Assembly: GCF_025526975.1 (NCBI RefSeq)
Contig: NW_026515674.1
Coordinates: 992,001 to 1,022,438 of the forward strand
Direction: 5' to 3'
Source of the DNA: Fimicolochytrium jonesii
Taxonomy: Eukaryota
DNA: 30,438 bases
Shown here one piece after another: positions 12,509 through 25,584 of this stretch (its first letter is position 1; each line of letters starts with the position of its first letter). The position numbers and the translations under genes are program-made. The notes beneath the pieces were generated by a model, which had not been told where the DNA came from, did no database searches, and saw only the letters and a program-made list of their open reading frames with translations.

Positions 12509-15500
12509 TCAGCGGCGCCTCTTTATTGCCCAAAATACTCCTCCCGCTAGGGCCGCCACACCAGCCACCGACCCCAGGACTGAACCGGCGATAACCCCCT
12601 TTTTATGCGCCGTCATTCCGCCTTCGTCCGTTTGACCGTTCGTAGCTGTGGGAGTCGCCGTCGCAGTGGCTGAAGACGTGGTGGATGTAGCGGTCGGATT
12701 TGCATTGATATCAATTGTCCGAGAAAGCATCGTCACCGAGTAAACTCCTAGGATCGTGCAGTTGCAGGTGACAGTGCCGCTTGACTGACTGATGTAGGGA
12801 TCGCCTCCGGCCACGGTAATGCAGGATGAGGGATCCCAAGCGCTGGTGGCCTGATTCCAAACGTTACATTGAGCGGTGGAAACGGTGCTGGGCGCTCGAG
12901 GCCCCAAGAAACGACCGCGTTTCTTTTTGGCGGTCGCGGTGTATAAAGCAGGGATGGTAATGGTGATTGGAGTTTGAAGGACGTTGTTGAACTGCGTTTC
13001 GTCAATCATGACGTTCAACCCCACGACACCCGCCGTCAGTCTACAGTCACGGGGTGAAATAAGTTAGGAGAATACAATGAGAGGCCATTGATAGACTCGG
13101 GAAGAGGAAAAGCAAACGCCATGCGAGAACGATAAGAGGACTCCCTTACGTATATGATGCGCCGCCAATCCGAGCTGTCAAATTCTGCGCATCGACGGGG
13201 TAAGCACTAGACCCGCTGCAAGTGGATTGAATGACGACTTTTTGGTCCTTTCGTACACCAGCGTTCGTTAACGCAGTCCCTAATGTGCTTCCAAGCCCTA
13301 TGGAGCATGAGGCCGCAGATGCAGTTATTCGTTTCCTGATACGGAGCGTACTGGACACCCTGCTCACAGCTACTGTCGAGGGAACGGTGTCGGGGGTAGT
13401 GGGCGACACAAGGATACGAGTATCACCAGCGGTGAGTTCAGCGGTCTCTCCAGGAGGGAGGTTACCAGCCAGTGCTTGCCCGACCAAATTGAGCGTCTTG
13501 GTCAATTGTTGTGCTCCTGCAGCGCTCGCTAGAGCTGGGACGGAGCTGATGGCTGCGGCTGCGGCCTGCTGTAACACGTCGGGAGTAGCTCCAGTTTTCG
13601 CCAGAACTTGAGCGAGAGAAGAAATAGCCTCAGCCGCTGCGGCCTTTGCCGTCTCAGACACTGCAGTCGCATAAGCGCTGCCCGAGCCGCCGCTCACCAA
13701 CTGAGCAATGATGAGCGTCTTCACAGCCGCGTCCGCTGCGGTTTCGTCCCCTGATACGGTCGATATCATAGAAAGCATGACGGCTTGGTTCGCTGATTGC
13801 CGCAACGTGGGATCCGTGACTGTTGCCAAACTAGCAGTGAAAGCCGACACGGCAGCTGCAGCTTGCGTTGGGTCGGAGGAGGATGAAACCAGATTCGCGA
13901 ACGTCGATCCGACAATGCTAGCGTCCAAAGGGGCCATACTTGCGACGGTCGCGTTCAACACCAGGGGAGTTGACAAGAGTTGCGCAGACCCTTGCCGCAG
14001 TGTGTTCACGACTTGGACAGTGACATTGCCTGCGGGAAGCGTAAATGAAGCCGGATTGCTGATGGGTGTCGAGTACGCGGCGCCGTTAACGGAATAGTAG
14101 AAGGATAAGGTTCCAATGGAAGGTGTTGAGCATCCCTGCACAGCAAAGACCGTAGTGATTTCTTGGCCGGCGTTCCGGGATAAGGAGCAGCCCACCGCCG
14201 CCAGCAATGTATCAATGATTTGGAAGGTTGTGGTACTGCTTGCATTCACGGAGGGATCGTTGAGGGCATAAGCGACCACATTGGCGCTATACGACCCGAC
14301 GCCCAAGCTCGACGCTAGCAACCTAAAAACATTTATGAGATGCGTACTTGTAAGATTCCTTACATAGTATGGTGGAAACCTGAAGAAGCTTACCGTAGGA
14401 GACTTCCAGTTGCTTGTTGAACAATGTCTAAAGGTGTGGATCCAATGTAGCGGGTGACAGTCCAATTGTAACCCAGTATGGCTGGATTACTGACCGCCGC
14501 AGAGTCCACCACGATGGTATTTGCAGGCAAGTAGGTGTTTCCAGTAGCGAACGCAAGCGACGACGACAGCGTGATGAAGGTGGTAGTATTTCGCAGTACG
14601 AGGGACAACGAAGTCGTGGTGCTAGCGCGTCTGCCGTCTCGCTGAATCTGCACATCAAACCAGACTTGCCCTGGTTTCAGCGTAGCCCTGGGAACAGTCA
14701 ATATGGGAGAGGACTGTCTCCAGGTAACGTTCCCGGCGGTCCCGTTGGTAACACAAAAGTTTCCTGTACCGTCACTAGTGGATGGTGTCATGCGGCAGGA
14801 AAACTGGAAGGTCATTGGGGGTACCTTTGAATACGACGCTGCTCCTTTCAACCTATAACATGCTGATAGTGCCGTGGAACTTATTAGGGATGCGACATAA
14901 CAGACGTCTGCGGTATCCAATGACGCTGATGCATCGATGACCAAGTCCGTCGCGATAGAAGCAGTGCCTGGACCTGTGGCAAAAGCCGGTATCAAGGGAT
15001 ACGATTGGGCGTCCACGCTGAACGTAGCAGTAAGTTGCAATGTTGAGAGCAACGTGTCGGTGGAATCTAGAAAGGAGATTGTCAAATCCAATTTATTCTG
15101 TAATCCCAGCGCGGGAAGCGCTGATTGAATGCTAAGGAGGTTGCCATTCGATCCGATTTGCTGGATGCTGTTGATCCGCCACTGATATTTGGTGACGACC
15201 CCCGAGCCAACGGTTGAGTTGAGAACGGCCGTGACTTCAGCCGTTCCATATGGTTTATAAGTGTTCGTGGAGCTATCCGTCAAGGCGTTACCACCAAAGA
15301 CCAGCCGGGCCCCGACTGGGAGAGTAACCGGCGTGGTTGAAGCCGAAGGAGTCGTGGCAATGGTGGTTTTCGTTGAGGATGGGTTCAATGTACCAGACGG
15401 TCCTCGACTCACGGTGGTCGATTGGGTTGTGGGCGATGACGAGACGGTCGAAGAGGTTGCGACGCTTTGCGCACTTGCCGATGTCGTCAATGAGGCAGCG

Positions 15501-18500
15501 GGCACTTGTGTGGGCGATGACGAGACGGTCGAAGAGGTTGCGACGCTTTGCGCACTTGCTGATGTTGTCAATGAGGTAGTGGGCACCTGTGTGGGCGATG
15601 ACGAGACGGTCGAAGAGGTTGCGACGCTTTGCGCACTTGCCGATGTCGTCAATGAGGTAGTTGGCACTTGTGTGGGCGATGACGAGACGGTCGAAGAGGT
15701 TGCGACGCTTTGCGCACTTGCCGATGTCGTCAATGAGGTAGCGGGCACTTGTGTGGGCGATGATGAGACAGTCGAAGAGGTTGCGACGCTTAGCGCACTT
15801 GCCGATGTCGTCAATGAGATAGCGGCACTGGCGGAAGTACTCAACGACGTCGCGGATGCCACTGTGCTCGAAATGGAGAAGGTAGAGGGGATTGTTGCAT
15901 TGTTGGCTTCCGTAGAACTATTTCCGAGAGCGAACGCAGTGAGGTGGTTGCATGAGCACCTATAACGGTACCGCTTCGTTTGCCCAGAACCCTTCGTGTC
16001 GATCAGCTGTGGAGCCAAAGTACAGCCTGCCGAGCTCCAGCCACTATTTCGGCCTTCGTTACGACCTTTCCTCGTTGCATCTGCTGATGACGCCACGCAG
16101 ACGGTGCTAGTGTTCGCAAGTGAATCCACCCAAAAGTCGATCTTTACTGGTTGATCTCCTGTATCGGTGACCGGAATGTTATCCCCTGAGGAATTGAAAA
16201 GGGACAAGGCTACAACCTGGGAACCAATGTTCACGGAAGGGTCCTTTATGGGGGCTTCCGCCCACATCTGGACTCTCGTGTCAATGACGCCGTCGGCAGC
16301 ACTTGAATTCGTGGCACTTGCCACCGTCGTTGGTAAGTTAATGTTGACCATGACTTGAAGAAGAAATCGTCAGACTTCCTGAACATCGGTGTACTTCTTG
16401 GAAGCTTTGGCAAAACCACAACCTACCTGGGAACGCCGCGGAGACCGTTACAGGAATGACATTTGCGGACGCCTCAGACATAGACGCTAGGAAAGAAAAG
16501 CAAAGTCAGGCACTTTCGATACATAGGAAAGGTCTTTCACGAAGCTAACCTGAGACGGATTCTGTTGGTGTCACCGTTGTCAAAGAAGTAGTGCTACTTT
16601 CCGTTGTGTCGTTTGCTGTCGCGGTGTCTGCTTCAAAGTTCACGTCCATTATTCCGAAGTCTCTCATTGCAATACCGATGACGTTAGAGCTGCTGATGAC
16701 CAGTGGCTCCTGACCAACTAGGATGCCGCTGCTGACAGCGGACAAGACGTTGCTCACTGCTTCGGCGAGACGGCTGTCGTCCGTGGCAGGCGATAAGACA
16801 TCAGGCAAGCTTAGAGTCGCGTTTTGTGCAGCGTCAATCACGCTGATCAGAAGGCCAGCAGTCTCCGCAGGCATCGGTTCGGCGATAACGGGGTCCGAAA
16901 AGTCTTGTTGCGCATCACTGTCAGCCAGGATACTTGCCGATTCTGTTAGCGTTTGTAGGGAATCCAAGGCTTTATCTACGACATCTGTTGATGGGCCTGC
17001 CGAAGAAGCCGCGGAGGCCTCAAGGCCAGCCCCCAGCAAGTTCGCAACGCTGGCAACCGACTCATGACTTACGACATTGTCGGTTAGATTGGTTGCCAGA
17101 TCGATCGCTGCGGTCGCGATAGCTCCAGCGATTGTGTCGATATCTTCTTGTTGCAGCCCAACATCTGGAGAACTGATAGTGTTACTCAAGGAAAGCAGAA
17201 GCGACGCAGCCACGATAGGGCTTTGTACAGTGTCTGCAAGGTCATTGGCTACACTGTCCGGATCGAGTTCCTCCAGTTGGACGGCAACATCTGCAGCAAG
17301 CCTGTTGATGAATCCAAACGAATTTCGAACATCACACCAAATACTGATGGGGGAATCCTCGGAAGCCGCCGGAAGATAAGCGGAAAAAATGTTATCACCG
17401 GAAAACCCCTGACTGAGTTGAACGGTAGATCCATTCGCATTGTCATAGCCAAACGAATACTCCAAGCCACCGATGAAATCAATGACCTCCAGGACACGAA
17501 ATTGGAACAAGGTGCTGATCATTCCGCTGTCCGGTGTGACTTGTACGCGGCCATTGTACGGCGGAGAAACCACAAAGATTGTCATAGCCGATGAGCCCAC
17601 AAGCCGCTGAGAGTTCGTGTCTTGAGTGACGTTGATGGTGATCCTGTTATTGGAAGAGAAGGGATCAATGTCATGATAGGGGACGAGTTATGGTGAAGTG
17701 CGCATACGTATAAAATGTGCCCGCGGATAGAGCATCTACCGGTATCTGCAACGACGGCTGACTAAGTCCCGTTGTAGATGATGCTGAGATATTTGCCATC
17801 AGAGAGTCATCACTGCGGCTGGTGGTAATATTCCATTGGTAGGTGTAATCAGGTCCAAACGGATAAGCTTGAAGCGTGATATTGGAGAGGCTCACTGTTA
17901 CGTAGGGCACACCGACGGAAGAAGGTATAAAGCGGCCAGGCAGTGGCGACAATAAATCCATTCGGGTTTCTGGAAGTAAAGTGGAGTCTGCAGTCATCGT
18001 CGTTGCCGCGCTTCCGACAGCCGACCTATCTCCTTTTACCCAAAACACCTTGAAGTTGTACAGCCCAGGACCAAACGACGGATCCGGCCGAGGTATGAGC
18101 ACTGTGAATTTCTGACGGAAGTTGTCCAACGACACGCCATCGTCAGAAGCCGAAACCGCTATGTCACTCAAGGCTCCGCTGCATGGTTGGAAGGTGGAAC
18201 CAGCATCAACGCTCATCTGACACTGAACGACGAATGCCCCCGCTTCGGGGTCGCCTTCGGGGTCGAAAGCTACGAAGGAAAGGCCGAAGTCATGGAACGC
18301 GCTTAATATTGCCCCATCCTGATCAATCAAAAGTTGAAGGGGCTGCGTCTGCGGGTAGATCCACAGGGCCGCTTGTCCAGGGGCAAAAGTTCCGTTCTGA
18401 TCCTGGACAGTCAGATTGACCCATGCGCCTGCAAGCCGATTGTTCGGTGGACCAAAAGCACTTGATCCAACAACCAAAGAAGATCCGCTCGGGGTGATTG

Positions 18501-21500
18501 ACTCGGATATCAAAGTACTATCCCAAGTCCATTGATATGCGTAAGAAGGACGAACACTGCCGCACGACGGAGCGTTTGCGGCTGCGTAAATGGTAGCAGG
18601 ATTTCGAGACATAATTGGAAGCGCTGGCTGACCTTGGATGCTAACCATGAGCGCCGTACCAGGGAGAACGGTAATATCCGCGCTCGATGGTGAGCAGATT
18701 CCGAAGCCGTTGTAAAGTCGCAATTCAAAGCGTAGAGTCGTTGCCAGCCCGCTATTCATTGAGGTAACGGAATGCAAAGACTTGGAGCTAACGGTGAAGG
18801 TGAGATCGCCGGCGGTCATGTCGTAAAGCACACTATCAGGGCACGCGCCTATGCCGGGCAGACTGCACGACCAGATAGGAACTAATGTTCCACTGATGTC
18901 AGCGGACGCTGCAGCATCGACCGTCAACGAGTCACAGCTTGAGATGCTTTGTGGCGCCCTGATCTTTGCTTCGGGACGTTGCAGCACAGCCGGGGGGTCG
19001 ATTGCGAATATCTGATCGGAATTCAATATAGTTGAGTCGTTCGCGGAAGCAATTGCTGATTTTTTGAGTTGAAGCTTATCGGCAAATGGGCGAAAATCAC
19101 CGGACCCTTGAACGTGGATCAACCAGTTCAGTTATCGATAATGCATGCAGTTGACAAAAAAGCAACATACCGATTTGGATGACCAGATTGCGGTCTGATT
19201 GGAAGAAACAGAAGGTCCCTTTGCCGAGCAACTGGGTTGTGACGAACGACAGTACCCAGACGCAATCAAAAGTGCTACCGAAACTTTCGAAAGGTAAGGT
19301 AGAGGCTCCTTGATCCGTCGCCGATCTGAACAAGACGTTGATGGTCGAAAAAGATGACATCGTGGCGGTTGAAACAATCACAGAGTTATCGTTGCCACAT
19401 TTTCCTGCGTCCGTAGACACAAGTTCACACGTCGCGTTCGATTGCGTTGCGTCTATGCAACTGCTGTTGGAGATGCACCATGCGTACGTCGGCACAGCCA
19501 AACAGGCATTGCAGTCGTTGCTAATAGCAGCGGCGGGTGTTACACATCGAGACCCAACCAGAATTCCGGTGCAAATGTCGCACTTGTCACCGCTCCAATT
19601 GGCAAGACAATCGCAACCCGAAAAAGCGTTTCTAATACCGTGTCCCGAGCAAGTCGTCGGAAGACACAGAGGAGGACTCACACATGAGTCCACCGGAGAA
19701 CCCTCCACTGGAAACCATCGCACCCCCAGGTTGAGTGTGATACGCCCTTGTATGTCCTTGTTAGTCCGATGATCGCTGAAGCTTGCAGCGGCTTGTCCCG
19801 CATCTTCAATTCCAAACCAGTTTTGTGACAAATCGAGTGTAATCGGGCTCCGGTGGTTCACGTTGAGCTTGTTGCCGCACAAATTGTTTCCCGTGAAGGT
19901 GAACTGATAATTGCTTTCCACCTGTAACCCAACTTCATTCCCAACGATGGTGTTCCCGCTATAGGTCGCAATGACATCGCCCGACTGGACTCCTATCGTG
20001 TTGTTGAGGATTATGTTGTTTGTGATGCTCCCGTGAACTGAACGAAGGTGCGGAATGAGATTCAAAGACTTTCTTTGTGAACTTTAGAGGTCCGCGGTCC
20101 CGCTTACCTCCATAGAGCCCAATATTGTTTTGCGAAAACGTGGAGTCGGAGACAGTAGCATACTGCATGCTGTAAAGCGCTTGGTTGTTGTTTGTAAACG
20201 TCGTATTTGTGATAACGATGTTCTTTCCCTCCACTCCTTTAGTAAAACCTAGCCACCGGTTCAATTCAGGAGTTCAGCAAATGCCGGTGAGTTCTGGAGT
20301 CCTGATCTTTGTGATGATCAATTGAATATCTTACCATCGATCAGGCTGCTATCCAGACTGCATTTACCGCAAGCTCCGTTTATTGCTTCAGACCCATTTC
20401 GGAACTCGACATTACTCAACGCCATTTGCGAGCCCCCTACTACCGTGATAGGAGTTACAGAGCCATTGAAACTCGCGAAGTCCATAGTGAGCATAGCGGG
20501 AGTAGAAAGATGCAAGTCTCCGCATTGCACAGGTTGCAAGGCATTGCCCTCAAATACGACACGCGCGTCCGCTGTTCCATTTACGACCAGTGTTCCGCGG
20601 TTGACAAGTTGGAAGTCTAGCCCCATCTGGTAGGAATGGAAGGGGTGAGTAAAGCTACATGGACTGGTTTCATCGTTCCGAAACCCACTGCCCGCACCTG
20701 GACCGTGACTCCGGCTTGAATGATGAGCGTGACACCAGGATACACTACTAGCACCGAGTTGACCACCCATGGGCTCTGGTCAACTCCGATAATGCGATCC
20801 TCAAGAATGGATGGAGTGTTGGCAGGATCAACACCGCGATCATCCGGCGGAGCACAGTACGGGTACATATCCGCTCCAAAAGTTGCCATAGGAGCGTCCA
20901 GTACGGGGTCAAGCTAACGGGGTGGAAAAACAATAGGGGTTAGGGCTGGCCATATTTGCTTAGAGGGCTCGCTTGGGATATTATCTAACCTTTGCAATGC
21001 CAGGACCTGCTGCCTGGTATGCGTCGTACACTGTATTTCTAATCAGCGTCAAGTTGTTGCTTCCCCAGTAATTCCCTGGTATGGTCACATCGGTCGAAGT
21101 TGAGAGTCGAACATTCCATTCCTTTGTGCCACATATGGAGCAGCCGGACATTTGCAAGCCAGTCTCGGACCCAACCAAGAATAAATTTGCATTCTCTACA
21201 AAGAGACTGTTGGTGAAAGAACTCGGCGAATTCTTGCTGACCTGATCGTTGCCCACAAACAGACAGTCGGTGAAACGCATAAGGCCGGTGTCTGCGACCA
21301 AAGAGTTGTTGAAGAAAGTCGACTGGGCGAATGACGACCCAGTCAACTGGTACGTGAAGGCGTTTAGCCCATACGTGACGACGTCATTCTGGACGAAGGT
21401 ACTGTTCGTTACTGTGATACGATCTCCAATAACTGCGTGCCCGTTGCTCGTAAAGTTGCACCGTGTGACGATCGATCCAGAGACCTGGATGCCGACATCG

Positions 21501-23555
21501 TTATCAAGGAAGGTACAGTCCTCAAATATATAGGGATGTGATCCTGCCGAATTTTTGTAGTCGAAGACCTTGGCAAAGCCGGCGAATGTCACGAAGGAGG
21601 CGTAAACGGTTCCTCCATCGGTGACGATTCCAATGCGTAAGCGTTCATCAGCATACCACCCTTGCCAGATAATCGGATCATCCGCCGTCCCGTTAGCTTG
21701 AAGAGACTAGATGATGACCAGCAAGTTCGTGAGTGCTCACGTTGACGGTTTTCGTATGTAGCCCACAAGGAACTGGTTGTACGTACTCCCCGGACCACCA
21801 GAGCGCCTGCGCCGTTAACAGTGATATTGACGCCAGGTTCAATGGTGAGTGTCGCGGTTGCAAAAATTACTAACCGCTCGGAGATCACATATGGGCTGTC
21901 TGCCACCGTAATGTTTGTGTCTTCATAAACGCCTCCCGTCGTGAGACGGGTGAAATTCTTATCAGCTGGTGGATCACAATAGTAGATATCAATTCCATAA
22001 ACGCTTGCTGGCATAGCCGTGAGGAAGGGGACAACCTATTACGAAGAAGTCAAGAATGAGTCGACCAACACCTTTCATGTTGAAATTTCAGATGAACCTG
22101 ACCGAAACGAAACCCAGGTTTGAGTCCCAATATGCATCGTTGAGATATCCCCTCACAATCGCCCCGTCCGACGTTCCCCAGTAGTTCCCCGTTGCGTCGA
22201 AGTCGGCGTCCGTTCCCATTTGCACATGCCAGGTAGGGCTTCCGCAGAAAGCATTTCCGTGCACCACAGGGGGATTCGCGCCACTCACAGAAATATCCAC
22301 CGAGTTGTTCGAGAACTAAATTATAGGCGCCGAAGCGGTTAAAGACCATCAAATAGAAGTTGTAACAAGAGCTGTGACCGGTCTTACATACCAAGTTGTT
22401 GGAGAGCGTTAAGCCATCTGGGTTCGAGTGAGAGACTGAAACAGCTACCAGGCTGAATGGAGTGGGGACGAATTGAGGACTCTCTCGCACCTGAAGGACA
22501 GATTAGGGGATGCGGGCTTACTTGTTAACAAACACATTTCCATCACACTGGCCCTGAACATCTGACAGGGCCGCGACGGTGTTTCCGTCGAATATGTTGT
22601 TAGTCAGATACATATTATCGTAAAATAGGGATTCCACTCCGATTTGATTCGAGACAAATGTGCAGTTATCAACGTGGCCACTAATATACCACAATCGTGG
22701 AAGCATGATTGAGTAACTCCACTACTCAAGGCATAGAAAGCAAGGCCCTTACTGGTCGCCGGATGCGGCGTGAGCGTTATCTGTAAGTGGGGACAACCGG
22801 AACCGCGTTAGGTGAAGCCACTCATGTGAGCGCCGAAGAAACAAGCTGTTCTGACGCACTTTGGAAAACAGTCGTCGAAATCAAGTGTTCAGTCCAACTC
22901 GATACCCCTTTGAGGTTGTTGGTGAAATTTGACTGCGTAATTTGCATGCTGCCTCGATTCTCGATAGCAAATTCAAAGTTGGAGATATCAACGTAATTCA
23001 ATGTAATGACAGGTAACGCATGATCCTGAAAGGTGGTTATGCCAGCTTGAGCCCCAGTCATGCTCGTAGGTGCGGCGGAAGCACCTATGAAGGAAATCCG
23101 GGAGCCGCTTGTTCCGCTGGCGTAAAGATTTCCGTGGACTTGGATCGAGTGTCCATTGTGACGGACCACTACTCCGGGCTTTGCCGTTTGCATATGGTAG
23201 AATTAGATGAACACTGTTTAGCAAGTGGAGAACATTGAGCAACCGTACCTCCAGCGTCAAAGTCACGCCGTCAGCAATGCTGATATCGCTGATCAGATCA
23301 AACGGCGAAAGTCCGAGATACAGGGTAGAGTCAAGTGGTCGCCAAAGCACATCGAAACACCCACAGCAGCAGAAGCCCCGATAGCCGCCTGACATCTCGC
23401 TGCCACGGCAGACGCCTGTCCATTGCGAAGGAAGGGATTTTTTAGTCAAACACCAGCTACAAAGGTCAAGTACCAACTCTCAGTCTTTGGTAGGACGAGA
23501 CATAGGGACGTCTGATAAAGAGCCACACATTTATAGCCATGAAGTCTTCCTCCAT
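12509..23555 (-). CDS. Giant type I membrane protein, polycystin-1/REJ-like: 3x right-handed beta-helix modules, EGF, PSI, REJ, GAIN/GPS, Ser/Thr repeat, second REJ, second GAIN/GPS, TM; 5' end uncertain
   Basis: A chain of minus-strand ORFs is linked by short introns; in-frame joins were checked at 13041-13149 and 14323-14393. Motifs include SP(F/Y/W)...GVTL...V.G...A.GT and N(Y/W)WG/NWFG three times, EGF CSGHG...CDCLANWSGDKC and PSI CNACL...AWC. REJ-type motifs are LTVDAAAS, PPYNGRVQVTP.SG and LVIDASASLD. GPS motifs are WSSAGC...CSCNHLTAFAL and CNVW...WDPSSC...CNCTILGVYSV. The TM GVIAGSVLGSVAGVAALAGGVFWAI is followed by KRRR*. Confidence 0.8.
15428..15818 (-). repeat. Coding minisatellite, 81-bp unit x ~4.8 (SLTTSASAQSVATSSTVSSSPTQVPxx)
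   Basis: TGTGGGCGATGA recurs every 81 bp. The near-identical 27-aa units are visible in ORF 14390-16351. Confidence 0.95.
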
Positions 23556-24273
23556 TTCAGGGACTCGCCGGGCCCACTAAGGGCCGCATACTAGAGCGCT
23601 TCGGGCCAGTATGAGATGCACCCGTCAATCTACGTCGTTCAGGCGACAGGTTTGAAGGCTGTTCTAAGAACAAGATTGCATGAAGCGACACCAACAGGGC
23701 TAACCGCCACTGCGGAGTCTGCGTTTGAAGGCATGTTAAAGAATAAATAATATGAAAAGAAAAAAGTATGCTCTTTCGCGGGCTTCATTGCCTAACCGTC
23801 CCCTTTCAGTCTTCTCGCGCAATGGTCTGTGATGTACTATGTACGTTTTCCAACGAGCTGACAGCGTGAGTTTTGAGAAGCGGTTTGGTGTAGTGCCGTG
23901 TGTGAGTCGGTGTTGAGCAGAAGGTGAGGTCGGTCTTGCTCAGGGATTGCTCGTAGTTCCAGCCGGCGAACCTCATCACGGAAGGAAGCTTGGGGGACGG
24001 AAATCAAAGGGATCGACGTGACCGGAGGTGCCGGAGGTTTCTACGTATGAAATGCGATATACGCCCGCGCCTGAGGGCTTTAGACAGTTTATACAAGTCG
24101 TTGTGGACGGTGGCGGGAACGATTAGTGGCAACCCGACAATTTGGTGCGGGCCCAGCAATCTGGTAGAACGAGTAGCCCCTTCCGTGCCAACGAGTAGCA
24201 GTTCCATTACTCGTTGCCTTCCAACAAGTTCCCCATTTCACCAACATTTCCACCAGCATTTCGACATTTCGAC

Positions 24274-24523
24274 ATGGACGACCGTAGAAACCTCCTTCTC
24301 CTATATCACCATCATCTCAGGCATCGCCAGACTGCTCTCCACGACCCTCCCCACCACCGTTTGCGCTGGGAAACCATGGATGAGGAGCAGTTTTGACGTT
24401 TTTTCCGCTTCCACCGTTCAGAATTCCTCATGCTGGTTGAGGTCCTGCAGCTTCCAGCGGTGATCCACAGTCCTTATTCTCGCTTCTCTGCTGGAAAAAC
24501 TGAGGCCCTGCTGCTTGTATTAC
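24274..24523 (+). pseudogene. N-terminal fragment of a PIF/Harbinger (HARBI1-like) transposase with an in-frame stop, interrupted by an LTR
   Basis: Translation from ATG 24274 gives MDDRRNLLL...WETMDEEQF*RFFRFHRSEFLMLVEVLQLPAVIHSPYSRFSAGKTEALLLVL. This fits the FRFx(R/K)xxxxxLxxxLxLP...EALxxxL motif upstream of the DDE domain in Harbinger nucleases. The TGA is at 24394-24396 and the sequence stops exactly at the LTR edge. Confidence 0.7.
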
Positions 24524-25066
24524 TGTTATGATCTCGACGACGGGGGCGGAAGCGAAGTAGAGAAGACAGGGCGAGTGTGATAGGCGACAAGAGATTGTAT
24601 TGGCGAAACAAGAAACAAGGGCTAGAACAGGAGATGAGAAGAACTGGTGTTGATCTGCTGGGGGATCAGGAAGTGGGGAGCTCAGGGGAGGCGGCTATTT
24701 ATGCTTTTCTGGGAAGGCTGGGGAAGCGTGGGGAAGCAGAAGGGTACGGAATGAGAGGGAAGCCAAGAGAAGCGCCAAGGGTGGGGGAAGCATAGAAACA
24801 GAAGACTGGGGATGGGGTGGCTACGCTGAGGCTGTGGGCGGGTACGTGGGGAAGTATGGAGAAGGGTTTGTAAGCGCCGAGTGTTGGGAGGTGTGGCTAC
24901 GTGCGGCTGCGTGGAGAAATGAAGGCAGTGGCAGGTGTGGGGTAGCGCGGCTGCGTGCGGCTGCGAGGTTTGGCAGATGTCAGGTTTTGACAGGGAAATG
25001 ACATTGACTGACTGTTGGGATGCTGTCATGAGGTAAGCGCATGGTATGGACGCGTCGTCCATAACA
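24524..25066 (-). repeat. 3' LTR, 543 bp
   Basis: Perfect 7-bp inverted termini TGTTATG (24524) and CATAACA (25066), lying 3 nt downstream of the polypurine tract. Confidence 0.9.
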
Positions 25067-25584
25067 TCACCCCCTCCTTTAGCCACGGCTCCGGATGTTG
25101 TTTTGATGTTGGCAGGCTTTGGTTGGGGTTTGTCGGGGTACTTTTGGTGGAACTGGGCAACAAGCTCTTGACAGCGGGCAAGGTGTTCCACTGGCTCCCA
25201 TGTGTTCTCCGAGCTTGGCCAACCCTGCCACTTGATGAGGTACTGAAGGTGCGTGCGTCGAATACGGGAGTCAAGAATGTCTTCCACAATCCATTCCTCC
25301 TGTCCTTTGACTTCTTCTGGTGGGGTGGGTTCTGGCTCAGTTCGCTCCGGAATGGTGAAACATGGTTCAAGAAGGGAGACATGGAAGACGTTGTGAATTT
25401 TGTAGGATGGGGGAAGCTTGAGGCGATATGTGACCGAGTTGATCTTCTCCGTGATTGTGAAGGGGCCAATCTTACGGTGATCAAGTTTCTGGGAAGGTCG
25501 GAGAGTCTTGAGATTCCGCTGTAAGAGCCAGACACTGTCCCCGGGTTTCATGTCTGGGCCAGGTGCCCTCTTGGCATCGGCAAA
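24524..25584 (-). mobile_element. 3' remnant of a Ty3/gypsy chromovirus retrotransposon (integrase C-terminus, chromodomain, PPT, 3' LTR), truncated by telomere repeats
   Basis: The frame reads FADAKRAPGPDMKPGDSVWL...KLDHRKIGPF...YRLKLP...IHNVFHVSLLEP (GPY/F domain), then EWIVEDILDSR...QYLIKWQGW...NTWEP (chromodomain). The PPT AAAGGAGGGGG is at 25070-25080 on the minus strand. Confidence 0.95.

Noticed and set aside
15428..15818. CRISPR-like array
   Set aside because: The units are contiguous in-frame repeats without unique spacers, in a eukaryotic coding exon.
24079..24100. Harbinger left TIR/TSD (TTA-GACAGTTTATAC)
   Set aside because: The position is plausible, but the partner end was deleted, so it cannot be verified here.
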